A DNA stretch of 64,000 nucleotides from Candidatus Hermodarchaeota archaeon (GCA_048885865.1 JBHLLF010000005.1:67547-131546); one strand, 5' to 3'; counted from the stretch's first letter, positions 10,089 to 20,394 are shown. Made by a program: numbers and translations. Notes: generated from the sequence alone by a model not told the origin.

Positions 10089-11072
10089 CTATCCATCTAC
10101 TCTCAGTCTAGTCCACCAATTTGTGATTCGATGCCAGTGATTCTGTACATCCTCGATACGGTACTTGTATGCCGCGAATGTTAGCACAACGAACGTAATC
10201 AGGAATAATCCTATTGTCAGACCCAGTAGAATCGGTGACCCGTAGAAATAATCTGGACCCTGTACAAGCGGGTCTGAACCTACCTTGAAGTTCTCGTTAA
10301 TGAAATTCATGAATGTGTGTGCTGTTATGGTCCCAACTAGAGTGCGACGACTCGAGAAGTTCTCATAATAATAGCCATAGAATAACGCGAATATCGTAGA
10401 GAATACCACTAGTGAGATTGCCTGTCCAACAGAGAAGCCACTATCAAGTCCATTCACTATTGGCCAAGTGACATGCCATATGCCAAATAGTAGTCCCGAG
10501 AGGAAAATTGCACCAAAGGTCGATGTTCTCTCTCTGAAAGTGTTCTGTAAGAGACCTCTGAAAAGGACCTCTTCTAGGAACCCATTTGTGAGGAAGAAGA
10601 GGAACAGGTACCATAGAATATCTACATTGAGAATCACGAATGAAACATTGTAAGTTGGGTCCAGGGCTCCATAGATGATCTTGGGAAACACATTCAGCAT
10701 GAGATGCCATGCCGCAAAGATGCCAATTCCCAACACAATTTGGGTCCGAAAATAGGGTCCCTTGGCTAGACCAAGAACAGAACTGAACTCAGTCCTTCTA
10801 TATTTCCAAAACACTCCAGCTATAATGAGCAATGGGAACAGCTTGGAGGGCATGATGTTTATCCATGTGTCCCCTAAACCGAGGACAAAGATGTCTACGA
10901 TTCGCCAGACTACCGCTACAAGGAAAAGAAGCCCGGCAAGGGGCAAAAGCCCTATCTTTGAGAGAGGGTGCTCAGAAATCTGTTCCTTGCTTTGAGGTTC
11001 CTGAGCCACTTCAGTAATTGTCATTTGAGATACCTCTAGTGTTGTATCGCTTCCAGTTGAGAGTCCTATCAT
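10089..11072 (-). CDS. CPBP (Abi/Rce1-like) intramembrane glutamic endopeptidase
   Basis: EEVLFRG, FGIWH, AHTFMN motifs; multiple TM segments; true start may be downstream. Confidence 0.88.
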   Translation of the reverse strand: MIGLSTGSDTTLEVSQMTITEVAQEPQSKEQISEHPLSKIGLLPLAGLLFLVAVVWRIVDIFVLGLGDTWINIMPSKLFPLLIIAGVFWKYRRTEFSSVLGLAKGPYFRTQIVLGIGIFAAWHLMLNVFPKIIYGALDPTYNVSFVILNVDILWYLFLFFLTNGFLEEVLFRGLLQNTFRERTSTFGAIFLSGLLFGIWHVTWPIVNGLDSGFSVGQAISLVVFSTIFALFYGYYYENFSSRRTLVGTITAHTFMNFINENFKVGSDPLVQGPDYFYGSPILLGLTIGLFLITFVVLTFAAYKYRIEDVQNHWHRITNWWTRLRVDG

Positions 11073-11163
11073 TGGAATTTAAAGACCGAAAAACGTCGAG
11101 TTTCTGAAAAAGGGTGGCTGAGATTCCTCGAGGCTGGAGGAATCTTCAATTCACCGCACAATG

Positions 11164-11883
11164 CTAGTAAGCCGCTGTTGCTACTTCAACGGCATGAGCA
11201 GTGGCCTGTTCCCGTTTGTACCATGGATTCACCATAGCTACTGTATAGGTGATGACACTTATCGCAGTGATAATATCTGCGACAAAGCCTATTCCCATGG
11301 CCATCATGGCGACTTTACCACCCTGACTTATGATAGAGAGAATGGTAGCGAATACCATGAGGTCACTTCGAACCTCCTTGAGTCTACCAGTTTTCCAAGT
11401 TATGGTGAACATGACGAGCCAGCCCACCATCAGTACTAGCAGAAAGGGGATTACCATTGTCATGATTTGCTCTCGGCTTGTGCCAAGAAGAGTGGCTGCA
11501 ATCCAATAGATTGCAAATGCCGCAGTGATTTTGTTGTAATGTCGTTTCAACCTTGGAGCTAGAACGGTAAGAAGCACAATCACCATTGGGATGACCATCA
11601 CCAATACCACAAATGCACGTATACGAAACATCTCAACAGAATCTCCGATTACGCCTAGCAAAGGTAAGGCCTGAAGAACTTGGCTTACTGCTGAGCTGAT
11701 GAAGATTATACTGAACATCAATGGAAGATCAGTATAGAGCCTGTTTTCTTGCTTTCTCCACAGAAAATAGAGGTACGTGGACAGACAGAAAGACAGGAAA
11801 GCAGTCGTTAGACTAGAGATTACTGTTGGATCCAGAATAGTCTGCAAAGTCATCGGAACTCCTTGATATGGACAAACTTTCAT
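11164..11883 (-). CDS. Hypothetical multi-pass (about 7 TM) membrane protein
   Basis: About seven hydrophobic segments; no recognised motif. Confidence 0.7.
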   Translation of the reverse strand: MKVCPYQGVPMTLQTILDPTVISSLTTAFLSFCLSTYLYFLWRKQENRLYTDLPLMFSIIFISSAVSQVLQALPLLGVIGDSVEMFRIRAFVVLVMVIPMVIVLLTVLAPRLKRHYNKITAAFAIYWIAATLLGTSREQIMTMVIPFLLVLMVGWLVMFTITWKTGRLKEVRSDLMVFATILSIISQGGKVAMMAMGIGFVADIITAISVITYTVAMVNPWYKREQATAHAVEVATAAY

Positions 11884-12000
11884 GCGGATGTTGATTATTA
11901 AGGACCCCAGAATTCTTTCAGATGGGATATTCTCTCATTTTTGCATCAAATCTGCTCCCTATCATCGGGTTGCTACTGTGAACAAAATGTGTATCCAGTG

Positions 12001-12972
12001 CTACATACCAAATGACTGTTTCAAAACCTCTGCATTTACGTAACCTGCTTTGTAGGTCTTACCCTTGACAATGTCATTAAGGGTGATTTCTGCAGGACTG
12101 AAGAGAAGCGGATCGACTTTATAGAAGTCGAATTCGAAACTCTTGAACAGCTTGAAGAAGGGCTGACCATACTGCTTAGATGCTGAAGACGGTGCTTTCT
12201 CTACGAGGTCTGCAAGGTCATCCTCCTCATCCGGTCTGATGAAGTAGAACGTGCGCCCAGCATATAGAATACAGTCATTGGTGACCCCCATCGCCTTATT
12301 GTCATTCTTGGCTACTGGCCCTATAGGCGCAACACCATGTCCAGCTCGAATCTTGCTTGGGTCGAACTTCAGTTCGTGCAGTTTGTGTACACCCACTTCC
12401 ACAACCCTCGCCGAGATTTGCACCGAACCAGCGACACAAGCGGTCGGCGTCATTACACAATAGAGGTCTGAAGTTGAGATTCCACATTTCTCAGCAATGA
12501 AATTGGTGGCAAACTCGGGCGGTGGAGTTCGTGTTTCAAGCACAATCACACCAACCTTGGCCTTGTCTTTATAGTCAAGCTCCTTGTAGAGCTTCTTCTC
12601 AACAACCGCCAGGGCTCTGGCCGGACCTGAGCCCATTGCAAAGTACTTCCCCTCGTCGCCCTTGATATCAACAAGCCATCCTGCAAATTGCGATCCCATT
12701 GTTGCAATCTTAGGATGATCAGTACTGACCACGACAGCGGGAAAGGTCATGTCGCCGACATGCTGGTGGGTTATCCTAACGGTTCCAAGACCTCCGAGAC
12801 ATATCTCCCCGACGAGTCTTCCAGCTTCAATTCCTCCGGACGCGTCAATGCCTGCATCAATCAGGGTTGCTCCATTACCCTGTTCCGTCACAGTGCAATT
12901 GAGTTGTTCCTTCTTATCCATCATCTCCTTGACAATCTCGAATGCCTTCTCGTTAACGCTTGGATCTTTCAT
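12001..12972 (-). CDS. mch: Methenyltetrahydromethanopterin cyclohydrolase
   Basis: EICLGGLG, SQFAGW, GSGPARAL, GSVQISARVVE, DFYKVDPLLFSPA. Confidence 0.96.
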   Translation of the reverse strand: MKDPSVNEKAFEIVKEMMDKKEQLNCTVTEQGNGATLIDAGIDASGGIEAGRLVGEICLGGLGTVRITHQHVGDMTFPAVVVSTDHPKIATMGSQFAGWLVDIKGDEGKYFAMGSGPARALAVVEKKLYKELDYKDKAKVGVIVLETRTPPPEFATNFIAEKCGISTSDLYCVMTPTACVAGSVQISARVVEVGVHKLHELKFDPSKIRAGHGVAPIGPVAKNDNKAMGVTNDCILYAGRTFYFIRPDEEDDLADLVEKAPSSASKQYGQPFFKLFKSFEFDFYKVDPLLFSPAEITLNDIVKGKTYKAGYVNAEVLKQSFGM

Positions 12973-12984
12973 ACTCTTCTCTCC

Positions 12985-13839
12985 TCAGAGCAAGTGTTGA
13001 TTTGCTGCTTCACGCAGATAGATCTCCTGTTTCGGGTCGCCCTCTGCAAAGTCGCCCATGAACTTCGCCCATTTCTCAGCAAAGTCTAGATCTTCACTGA
13101 TGAAGTCTGGTCTCCGAGACTTCAAGTATTTCAGGTAGTAGTTCGTGAACTCCCTCTCAGAACTGCCGCTGAACTTGTAGGTGGGTAGCAGCGAGTCCAC
13201 CTTTCCAAGGCAGAATATCATGCCTTTCGTGGCTTCAACACCAAGACGGTCTGCGATATTCCCCACAACTATGATTGTTCCACCCTTCATTCTGACTCCT
13301 GCAAGCGTGTCTACATCGCCTTTCACTGCAATGAAGCCCTTTCTCATATGGGCGCCCATCTCACGTCCTACATTGCCTGCGACATAGACCCGGCCTCCTT
13401 TCATCCCATCTGGACTGCCACGATACCCCGCACAGAGATAATCCCCAGCATCTCCTTCTATCTGGATGTTTCCGCCCTCCATCTCTGCAGCGGCCCATGA
13501 GCCTACGGAGCCCTTGACATGTATTCTGCCTGCTATCATCTCAGCACCTAGATACATGCCAACATCTCCTTCTACCGTGATCCTCCCACCATTCATGCCT
13601 TTGCCTATCATCTTGACATCTTTCAAATTGCCCCTCACAACGATCTCGGTCTCGTCGGCGGTGGCACCTGCATCTCCGGAGATATCAAAGAAGGTCGCAA
13701 GGTCCAGGGTCTGATTTCCTTGAAGAACTGACAACTTTCCTATCTCCGCAGCGCTCTTCCCTGCAAAATGAGTCGGAGTTATTGTGTCAGCCTCTAGAGG
13801 GATGTCCGGTTGTTTGGTCAACTTCAGATGCACAGTCAT
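12985..13839 (-). CDS. fwdC: Formylmethanofuran dehydrogenase subunit C
   Basis: GXGXG beta-helix repeats; YRGSPDGMKGG; next to mch and ftr. Confidence 0.92.
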   Translation of the reverse strand: MTVHLKLTKQPDIPLEADTITPTHFAGKSAAEIGKLSVLQGNQTLDLATFFDISGDAGATADETEIVVRGNLKDVKMIGKGMNGGRITVEGDVGMYLGAEMIAGRIHVKGSVGSWAAAEMEGGNIQIEGDAGDYLCAGYRGSPDGMKGGRVYVAGNVGREMGAHMRKGFIAVKGDVDTLAGVRMKGGTIIVVGNIADRLGVEATKGMIFCLGKVDSLLPTYKFSGSSEREFTNYYLKYLKSRRPDFISEDLDFAEKWAKFMGDFAEGDPKQEIYLREAANQHLL

Positions 13840-13937
13840 AAGTCAGACCATCCTAATGACGATTTTCGAATCCTTACCTCCTCTTAAAACCTCTGAACGG
13901 CTGACCTACGCAAATAGGTAAGAAAGAAATAGCACAA

Positions 13938-14873
13938 GTGTTGCCCGTACTCACACCAAATACAGCGGTGTGTGAGATGGAGATCAACGGTGTACCAGTC
14001 GAGGACACATTTGCAGAAGCATTTAGTATGCATATGAACAGGACTATCATCACAGCCTATGATCAGGAATGGGCCTATACGACTGCATTGGAAACAACAG
14101 GTTTTGGCACTTCAGTAATTATGGCTCCCGCAGAGGCGGGAATTGAGTACTTGCTTGGACCCGATGAAACCCCAGATGGCCGTCCAGGAGTCCGCGTGAT
14201 CTTTGCAGTTGGATCAAAGAAGGCACTTGAGCCGCAACTGTTAGCTAGACTGGGTCAGTGTGTCCTTACAAGTCCAACAGCGAGCGCTTTCGATGACACA
14301 CCTAATCCCAAGGACCTCTATGAGATAGGGAAAAAGGTTTCCTTGTTTGGAGATGGCTATCAGACCAAGAAGGGCCCAATCGATGGAAGAGTTCTATGGC
14401 TCATCCCAAGAATGAGTGGAACATGCGTCATGCAGAATATGTTCGGTCGTGTGAAGGGAGTCGCTGGTGGCAATATTATCTACACCTGCAAGGACGTAAA
14501 GAGTGGCATGGAAAGTGGAAAGGCCGCGGTCAAGGCAATAGAGAAGGTTGAAGGCGCATACACACCATTCCCAGGAGGGCTTGTAGGCTCAGGATCAAAA
14601 CCATCGTCGCGATATAAGGTCCTCTTTGCTTCGACAAACGAGAAGTTCTGTCCCACATTACGTGCACTGGTACCTGATACAATGGTGCCCAAAGGAAGTG
14701 AGTTTGTTCAAGAGATAGTGATCAATGGCTTGACAAAAGAAGCTGTTGCCAAAGCGACCAAGGTCGCCATAGAAGAGGTCTGCAAGCATCCTGGCATCAC
14801 AAAAATGACTGCAGGCAATTATGGCGGAAAGCTGGGAGAGCATCAGATTCATCTTCACGAGCTCTTCAAATAG
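13938..14873 (+). CDS. ftr: Formylmethanofuran:H4MPT formyltransferase (true start probably ATG at 13977)
   Basis: EDTFAEAF, TPDGRPG, GVAGGN, PFPGG, AGNYGGKLG. Confidence 0.96.
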   Translation: MLPVLTPNTAVCEMEINGVPVEDTFAEAFSMHMNRTIITAYDQEWAYTTALETTGFGTSVIMAPAEAGIEYLLGPDETPDGRPGVRVIFAVGSKKALEPQLLARLGQCVLTSPTASAFDDTPNPKDLYEIGKKVSLFGDGYQTKKGPIDGRVLWLIPRMSGTCVMQNMFGRVKGVAGGNIIYTCKDVKSGMESGKAAVKAIEKVEGAYTPFPGGLVGSGSKPSSRYKVLFASTNEKFCPTLRALVPDTMVPKGSEFVQEIVINGLTKEAVAKATKVAIEEVCKHPGITKMTAGNYGGKLGEHQIHLHELFK

Positions 14874-14983
14874 GGCATTACAAAAACAAAGCGCACACAC
14901 CCTGCTTCACGTCGAAAGCTTTATGTCCAAACTCAGTGCGGACTGCGAAATGACATCGCTCTAAGAGGGTTGTCATGACGGAT

Positions 14984-15061
14984 GCCTCAGTAGCTCAGAC
15001 TGGTTAGATCGCCTCCTTGGTAAGGAGGAGGCCGAGGGTTCGAATCCCTCCTGGGGCTCCA
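14984..15061 (+). tRNA. tRNA-Thr(GGT), CCA encoded
   Basis: Cloverleaf: GCCTCAG/CTGGGGC acceptor, CCTCC-TTGGTAA-GGAGG anticodon arm, GAGGG-TTCGAAT-CCCTC T arm. Confidence 0.95.
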
Positions 15062-15079
15062 CTTCCTTCTATTCAGAAC

Positions 15080-15391
15080 TTACTTTGCCTCCATCTTTTC
15101 TATCTTGAAGATGACCGTTCTCATTCCATCGCCGCATGGCTGATAGGTGATCCCAGGTTCAGGATAGTTATAGTCTCCACCAAAATAGTAAATCATCAGC
15201 GTCGTATAGAGGTCTTGCCAAGCTTGTCCACAGAAATCCTTTGGCCTGTTCAAATGATGGTCCACGATGAACTCCTCGCCCAGTTCATAGCTACATGGTT
15301 TTATCGGTTCTCCATCTCGCGAGATTTCGTGACCGAAAATCTCCTCTGGACTGAATTTCCTCATCACAGTGACTTTCAGCTTTATTGTCAT
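15080..15391 (-). CDS. TIGR04076-like small Cys-containing protein
   Basis: PC..Y..GEEF...RPKDFCGQAW...PCGDGMRTVIFKIE pattern; start taken at MTIKLK. Confidence 0.75.
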   Translation of the reverse strand: MTIKLKVTVMRKFSPEEIFGHEISRDGEPIKPCSYELGEEFIVDHHLNRPKDFCGQAWQDLYTTLMIYYFGGDYNYPEPGITYQPCGDGMRTVIFKIEKMEAK

Positions 15392-15485
15392 CTCTCGTTC
15401 CCCAATAGCCTTGAGTAGTAGAAAGTAGCACTCTGAAAGTATATGACTTATCCACAGCGCAAAATGTGTTGGTATCGGCCCTCTA

Positions 15486-15815
15486 CTAATCATCATCATG
15501 GTTGTTGAATTCTGCCACTAGATATGAGAGGTCATCACATGCCGCTCGAAGGCGGTTGTCTCCACGTATCCTTCTAAAAGATGTAAACACTAGATAAGAG
15601 CCTATCAGAAGAAGGATGACTATACCAATAATGAGGCCAGTTATGAGTGGCAGAACTTCACCTACTGAATAATAGCTTGAGGTCGCAATCAGAATGGTCA
15701 ACAGAGACATCGGTATCGTCAGTATTCCGATTCCTGTTCGCAGTTCAGCCAAGTGCGTTCTCTTCTCTGCATCAATTGTGCGAATGAATGCCAGAGAGGT
15801 TCTCAAATTGCTCAT
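15486..15815 (-). CDS. DUF202-like membrane protein (start uncertain)
   Basis: AEKRTHLAELRTG followed by two TM segments. Confidence 0.6.
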   Translation of the reverse strand: MSNLRTSLAFIRTIDAEKRTHLAELRTGIGILTIPMSLLTILIATSSYYSVGEVLPLITGLIIGIVILLLIGSYLVFTSFRRIRGDNRLRAACDDLSYLVAEFNNHDDD

Positions 15816-15864
15816 TTGTGTTCGTTCATCAAGCTCGTCAGTATATGCTGTCAATATAGTCCCT

Positions 15865-16119
15865 TCATTGGTCTTCGAGTAGAGGGTCTTTAGGTCTCGA
15901 TTTTCCAGTGTGTTTTCGCCGTCTAGCAAACAAGCGGGTGGCTTCCTCTGGACCCACCAACTCTGATACTCTCCTAAAAGCCTCAGGATCGTCCTCCTTG
16001 TCCAGCCACTTTTCAATCTCCTTCGCAATCGAAGGAGCCAAGTCCTTTGCAAGCTTCTTCTTACGACCTTTTCTATCTAGGTCGAAATCATCTGGACCAA
16101 GAAGGCTCATCTTACTCAT
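15865..16119 (-). CDS. Hypothetical small charged protein
   Basis: ATG start, plausible composition, same strand as downstream genes. Confidence 0.55.
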   Translation of the reverse strand: MSKMSLLGPDDFDLDRKGRKKKLAKDLAPSIAKEIEKWLDKEDDPEAFRRVSELVGPEEATRLFARRRKHTGKSRPKDPLLEDQ

Positions 16120-16231
16120 AATCGACTACCTACTCGACAGTTAAGACCTTATGCCTTACTGACATTTTCAAAACTGTGAATTGAGAAAAGAAAAGAGGGG
16201 GTTATGAGCCGAGTGTCAAGAGGAATCCTGA

Positions 16232-17920
16232 GTGCCAGAGAGAAATTCTGGAAACCTTCCGTGGTGGAAAAAGACTACTGTGTATCAGATTTACCCCCGC
16301 AGTTTCAGGGACAGCTCGGGCAATGGAATCGGAGACATTCCTGGAATAATCTCAAAGCTGGACTATTTGCGGCATTTGGGAATTGAAACCATCTGGTTTT
16401 CGCCCTTCTTCTCAAGCCCTCAAGCCGATCACGGATATGATGTAAGCAACTATCGAAACATCGCACCAGAGTATGGCACGATGGCTGATTGTGACAGTCT
16501 CATTCAGGAGATTCACCATCGGGGCATGTACGTTGTGTTTGATATGGTTCTCAACCACACCAGTAATCAGCATTCATGGTTCCTGGAATCTCGTTCAAGT
16601 CGAGAGAATCCAAAGCGTGATTGGTACATCTGGCGTGACGGTCGAAAACCAGGGGGCAAGAAGCCCCCGAATAACTGGAAATCCATGGTAGGAGGTTCAG
16701 GATGGCATTATGATGGACTGACCGAGCAATGGTATTGGGCTCAATTTCTCCCTTTCCAGCCAGACCTCAATTATCGTAATCCTGAGGTCAAGAGGGAGAT
16801 GTTTGATACAATGCGATTCTGGTTGGACAAGGGAGTGGATGGATTTCGCCTCGACATCATCAATACAATCTACGAGGATGAACAGCTCAGAAACAATCCG
16901 TTTGCATTCTCTCTCTTACCGTCTGATGAAGACGCGAGGAGTATGTTCCAGAACAATATCCACACAATCAACCACCCTGAGAACTATGCCTTCGTGAAGG
17001 AATTGAGGCGCATCACAGATGAATACTCCAACCCTGAACGATTCCTGGTTGGAGAAGTCACGTCCTCGCTTGAAGTATTGAAGAAATATTCCGGTGAGAT
17101 TGTAGATTCTACAACAGATGGCCTTCACCTGACTTTTCAATTCCAATCACTCAATGTCAAACCAGCTGCAGAAGCGATACGAAATTTGATTGAAGAATAT
17201 GAACGATTCTTCCCCGAACCATACATGCCAACATGGGTATTCTCCAATCATGATCAGACACGTCGGATCAGTAAAATTCGTAATGATATTGCACTGGCAA
17301 AGCTCAATGTCATGATACAACTGACTGCCCGGGGAATTCCTTTCATCTATTACGGTGAAGAGATTGGTATGCCCAGCCACAAAATTCCACTAAAGAGAGG
17401 ACAGGATCCTGTAGCTAAGAAATTCAGTAGGATCCCTCAGTTTGTTGCTAATCTCCTGACAAGAAGCGGGAGGATCACTCTTAATCGGGATGAATGCAGA
17501 ACCCCAATGCAATGGGACACATCACCAAATGCAGGCTTCTGTCCAGAAGATTCTGACCCATGGCTACCGATAGCACCGGGTTTCGAAGAAATCAATGTAG
17601 AGATTGAGAAGGCAGATGGCAATTCACTGTTTCATTTCTACAGGGAATTGTTGCATCTTCGTAGAAACACACCGGCACTTCATTCAGGCACACTGAATTT
17701 GATTGAATTGCAAACCAATCGAAAGAATGTTCTCGCCTTTGAACGGAAATTCGACAGACAGATAGTGCAGGTCTGGTTGAATATGTCTAGGAAGAGCATT
17801 TCAGTTGAGAAACCGCAAGCTCCACCCAAGATTTTATTCTCTGCATTGAGCGGCTCACACACAATTGGAGATGATATTATCCGATTGGAACCACTTCAGG
17901 GAATCATCCTTGAGTTGTAG
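16232..17920 (+). CDS. GH13 alpha-glucosidase/oligo-1,6-glucosidase
   Basis: YQIYPRSF, DMVLNHTS, QPDLN, GFRLD, SNHD, YYGEEIGM. Confidence 0.95.
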   Translation: MPERNSGNLPWWKKTTVYQIYPRSFRDSSGNGIGDIPGIISKLDYLRHLGIETIWFSPFFSSPQADHGYDVSNYRNIAPEYGTMADCDSLIQEIHHRGMYVVFDMVLNHTSNQHSWFLESRSSRENPKRDWYIWRDGRKPGGKKPPNNWKSMVGGSGWHYDGLTEQWYWAQFLPFQPDLNYRNPEVKREMFDTMRFWLDKGVDGFRLDIINTIYEDEQLRNNPFAFSLLPSDEDARSMFQNNIHTINHPENYAFVKELRRITDEYSNPERFLVGEVTSSLEVLKKYSGEIVDSTTDGLHLTFQFQSLNVKPAAEAIRNLIEEYERFFPEPYMPTWVFSNHDQTRRISKIRNDIALAKLNVMIQLTARGIPFIYYGEEIGMPSHKIPLKRGQDPVAKKFSRIPQFVANLLTRSGRITLNRDECRTPMQWDTSPNAGFCPEDSDPWLPIAPGFEEINVEIEKADGNSLFHFYRELLHLRRNTPALHSGTLNLIELQTNRKNVLAFERKFDRQIVQVWLNMSRKSISVEKPQAPPKILFSALSGSHTIGDDIIRLEPLQGIILEL

Positions 17921-17978
17921 TCAAATGTGGGCTCCGCTATTCTTATAACCGTAAGTAAGGACCCTCCGTCTACCAACA

Positions 17979-18088
17979 GGGTCGGTGGTCTAGCTTGGCT
18001 ATGATTCCTGGTTTGGGACTTGCTGACCATCAGGGTCTGCGAGCAAGTCTCCAGGGGATCAGGAGTTCGAATCTCCTCCGGCCCACCA
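17979..18088 (+). tRNA. tRNA-Pro(TGG) with 32-nt intron at canonical 37/38 (18018..18049)
   Basis: Acceptor GGGTCGG/CCGGCCC+ACCA; anticodon arm CCTGG-TTTGGG|T-CCAGG; BHB with helix TTTG/CAAG, bulges GG|A and TC|T, outer helix CTTGC/GCGAG. Confidence 0.93.
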
Positions 18089-18173
18089 CTTTTGGAAGGC
18101 TTGATTCGATACTTTCCCTGATAGATGTTTTAGAAGCGACTTCGGCAATAGTCGAAATCCTTATCACTGAAAT

Positions 18174-18914
18174 GTGAGAGGGCTTGCTATGTCAATGCAG
18201 TCGTCTGTCAGAGAGAGACTTGCACGACGCATTGCCGGCGAGATAGCATTGTCTAATCACCCTGGGCAGACAATGCGTGTCTGGAGAGAACGCTTTCGAC
18301 TTCCTCAAATCGAGCTTGCTGACTACATTGGTATAAGTCCGAGTGTCATCAGTGATTATGAATCAGGGCGGAGGAAATCGCCGGGGACATCAACTATACG
18401 ACGTTTTGTGATGGCACTGATATCTCTTGACGAACGTAATGGAGGTCAAGTGATTGCTGCATTTGTTCGACTCATGGATGTAAGTCTGGTTGACCTCAAC
18501 ATAGTCTTGGCCATGAGCGATTTCCTTTCCCCTATTACTATGGACGATTTCTGCAAGCGGTTGAAATGCAGTGTCAAAACTGGGATGAATCTCCTAAGCA
18601 AGGAGATCTATGGATACACTTTGGTTGACGTTGAGCGGGCTGTGAAAGAGCTTAGCAGTGAAGGGTTCTTGAAGCTCTTTGGTGCTACAACTGAACGATG
18701 CCTAATATTCACAAAGGCAAATACCGGACGCGCTCCAATGATTGCGATCAAATCTCAAGAATTCAAGCCAACTCTAGTAATCCTTCATGGCGTAGATGAG
18801 GTTGATAGACTTGCGCTTGAGCTCTCAGAACAGATGAGAATTCCTCTGGCAGTCAGTAAGATCAGCTCAATTGATGCGCTTGTTCGAGAACTCCGCAGCA
18901 TCGATCCAGATTAG
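18174..18914 (+). CDS. Archaeal XRE-family HTH regulator (COG1709-like)
   Basis: RIAGEI...QIELADYIGISPSVISDYESGRRKSPG; TGRAPMIAIK. Confidence 0.87.
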   Translation: MRGLAMSMQSSVRERLARRIAGEIALSNHPGQTMRVWRERFRLPQIELADYIGISPSVISDYESGRRKSPGTSTIRRFVMALISLDERNGGQVIAAFVRLMDVSLVDLNIVLAMSDFLSPITMDDFCKRLKCSVKTGMNLLSKEIYGYTLVDVERAVKELSSEGFLKLFGATTERCLIFTKANTGRAPMIAIKSQEFKPTLVILHGVDEVDRLALELSEQMRIPLAVSKISSIDALVRELRSIDPD

Positions 18915-19825
18915 CCAAGTATCATTTTCAAGATGGCCATCCTAGTGACCACGCCATTGTATACCTGGTCGAAGTATTTGGCATGTGGAGTGGTGTCAAT
19001 ATCTGGAGATAGCTCATCCACACGGGGAAGGGGGTGCAAGACAATTGCGTCCTCACGCATCAGTTTGAGGTCATTAGCTGTGATTCGGAACTTGCCTCTA
19101 ACCTCGTCATACTCATTGACATCAGGAAAGCGCTCCTTCTGAATGCGCGTCATATAGACCACATCCACGTCGCTAATGGCGTCTTCAACAGATTCGACTT
19201 CGGTGACCTTTATGCCTGACTTCTTCATTTCCTCAACAATTGCTGGTTTCATTCTCAACGTGGGAGGAGCAGCCAGCTTGACATTGACATCGTAGTATGA
19301 GAGGGCCATCCCAAGAGAATGAACAGTTCTGCCGTACCTCAAATCTCCGCAGAGCGAGATTGATAGACCATCTATTTTGCCTTTTATCTTCTTGATGGAA
19401 TATAGATCGAGGAGGGCTTGCGTCGGATGCTCTTCAGAACCACTGCCCGCATTGATTATGGGAACGCTTGAGAACTCTGCTGCGACTCTTGCTGAACCAT
19501 CTAAGGGGTGTCGTATCACAATGATGTCTGCGTATCTTTCAACTGTGCGGATGGTATCTGCAAGAGTTTCACCCTTACCTCCAGCCGATGAAGAGATGAC
19601 ATCTGCAAATCCAAGAACGCGACCGCCTAATCTGATCATTGCACTCTCAAATGAAAGCCGAGTTCTAGTTGAAGGTTCAAAGAAGAGTGTCGCCATGATT
19701 TTGCTACTCAGTTCGTTTGACCTCTCGACAGCAACAGACTCCATCTCCCCCGCGGTCTTGAGAATTCTGTCTATCGTTTCCCGGTCAAGGTCATGAATGC
19801 TGATTAGATTGTGAAGCCTTCCCAT
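18911..19825 (-). CDS. pyrB: Aspartate carbamoyltransferase catalytic subunit
   Basis: FFEPSTRT, HPTQALLD, GDLRYGRTVHS, HPLPR. Confidence 0.97.
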   Translation of the reverse strand: MGRLHNLISIHDLDRETIDRILKTAGEMESVAVERSNELSSKIMATLFFEPSTRTRLSFESAMIRLGGRVLGFADVISSSAGGKGETLADTIRTVERYADIIVIRHPLDGSARVAAEFSSVPIINAGSGSEEHPTQALLDLYSIKKIKGKIDGLSISLCGDLRYGRTVHSLGMALSYYDVNVKLAAPPTLRMKPAIVEEMKKSGIKVTEVESVEDAISDVDVVYMTRIQKERFPDVNEYDEVRGKFRITANDLKLMREDAIVLHPLPRVDELSPDIDTTPHAKYFDQVYNGVVTRMAILKMILG

Positions 19826-19917
19826 CAGTTTCCGCTCCAGTTATTGGCCGATGTGCAACTGACGACGTACTTTAAGCTTTCCAGGGAATAGTTCCTCCTC
19901 CGAAGTTGGCGCGCATA

Positions 19918-20394
19918 CTAATCGGAAGAATTCCTCCCATATTTTCGAGGAATCTCGACTTGTCTTATTTTGAGTCCTGCTTCATCAATAAGCTGGGCTG
20001 CAAGCTTGTCCTCATAATGCTCGATGTACACTATCTCCTTGATTCCTGCATTGATTAGGATCTTGGTGCAAATACTACAGGGCTTTGTTGTGCAGAATAT
20101 CATAGCCCCATTCACACTCACACCATGATACGCAGCCTGTATGACGGCGTTCTGTTCTGCGTGAAGTCCTCGACACAGCTCATGTCGTTCACCTGGTTTG
20201 ACGCCAAGCTCCTCACGCATACAGCCAACTTCTTCACAATGCTTCAGACCTTTTGGCGCTCCATTGTATCCGGTACTGAGAATCTGTGCCTCCTTTACGA
20301 TAACGGCTCCTACTTGGTTTCTTAGGCAAGTGCTTCTCGATGATACCAAGTCTGCAATCTCGCAGAAGTAGACGTCCTTGCTTTTCCTTGCCAA
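19918..20394 (-). CDS. dCMP deaminase / ComE-like Zn deaminase (TTG start inferred)
   Basis: STCLR..VGAV, TGYNG, HAEQNA, PCSIC. Confidence 0.9.
   Translation of the reverse strand: MARKSKDVYFCEIADLVSSRSTCLRNQVGAVIVKEAQILSTGYNGAPKGLKHCEEVGCMREELGVKPGERHELCRGLHAEQNAVIQAAYHGVSVNGAMIFCTTKPCSICTKILINAGIKEIVYIEHYEDKLAAQLIDEAGLKIRQVEIPRKYGRNSSD

Noticed and set aside
15017-15418. 133-aa ORF overlapping tRNA-Thr (likewise 17995..18177, 27659..27907 and 27753..27977)
   Set aside because: These overlap tRNA genes or lie antisense to better-supported genes.
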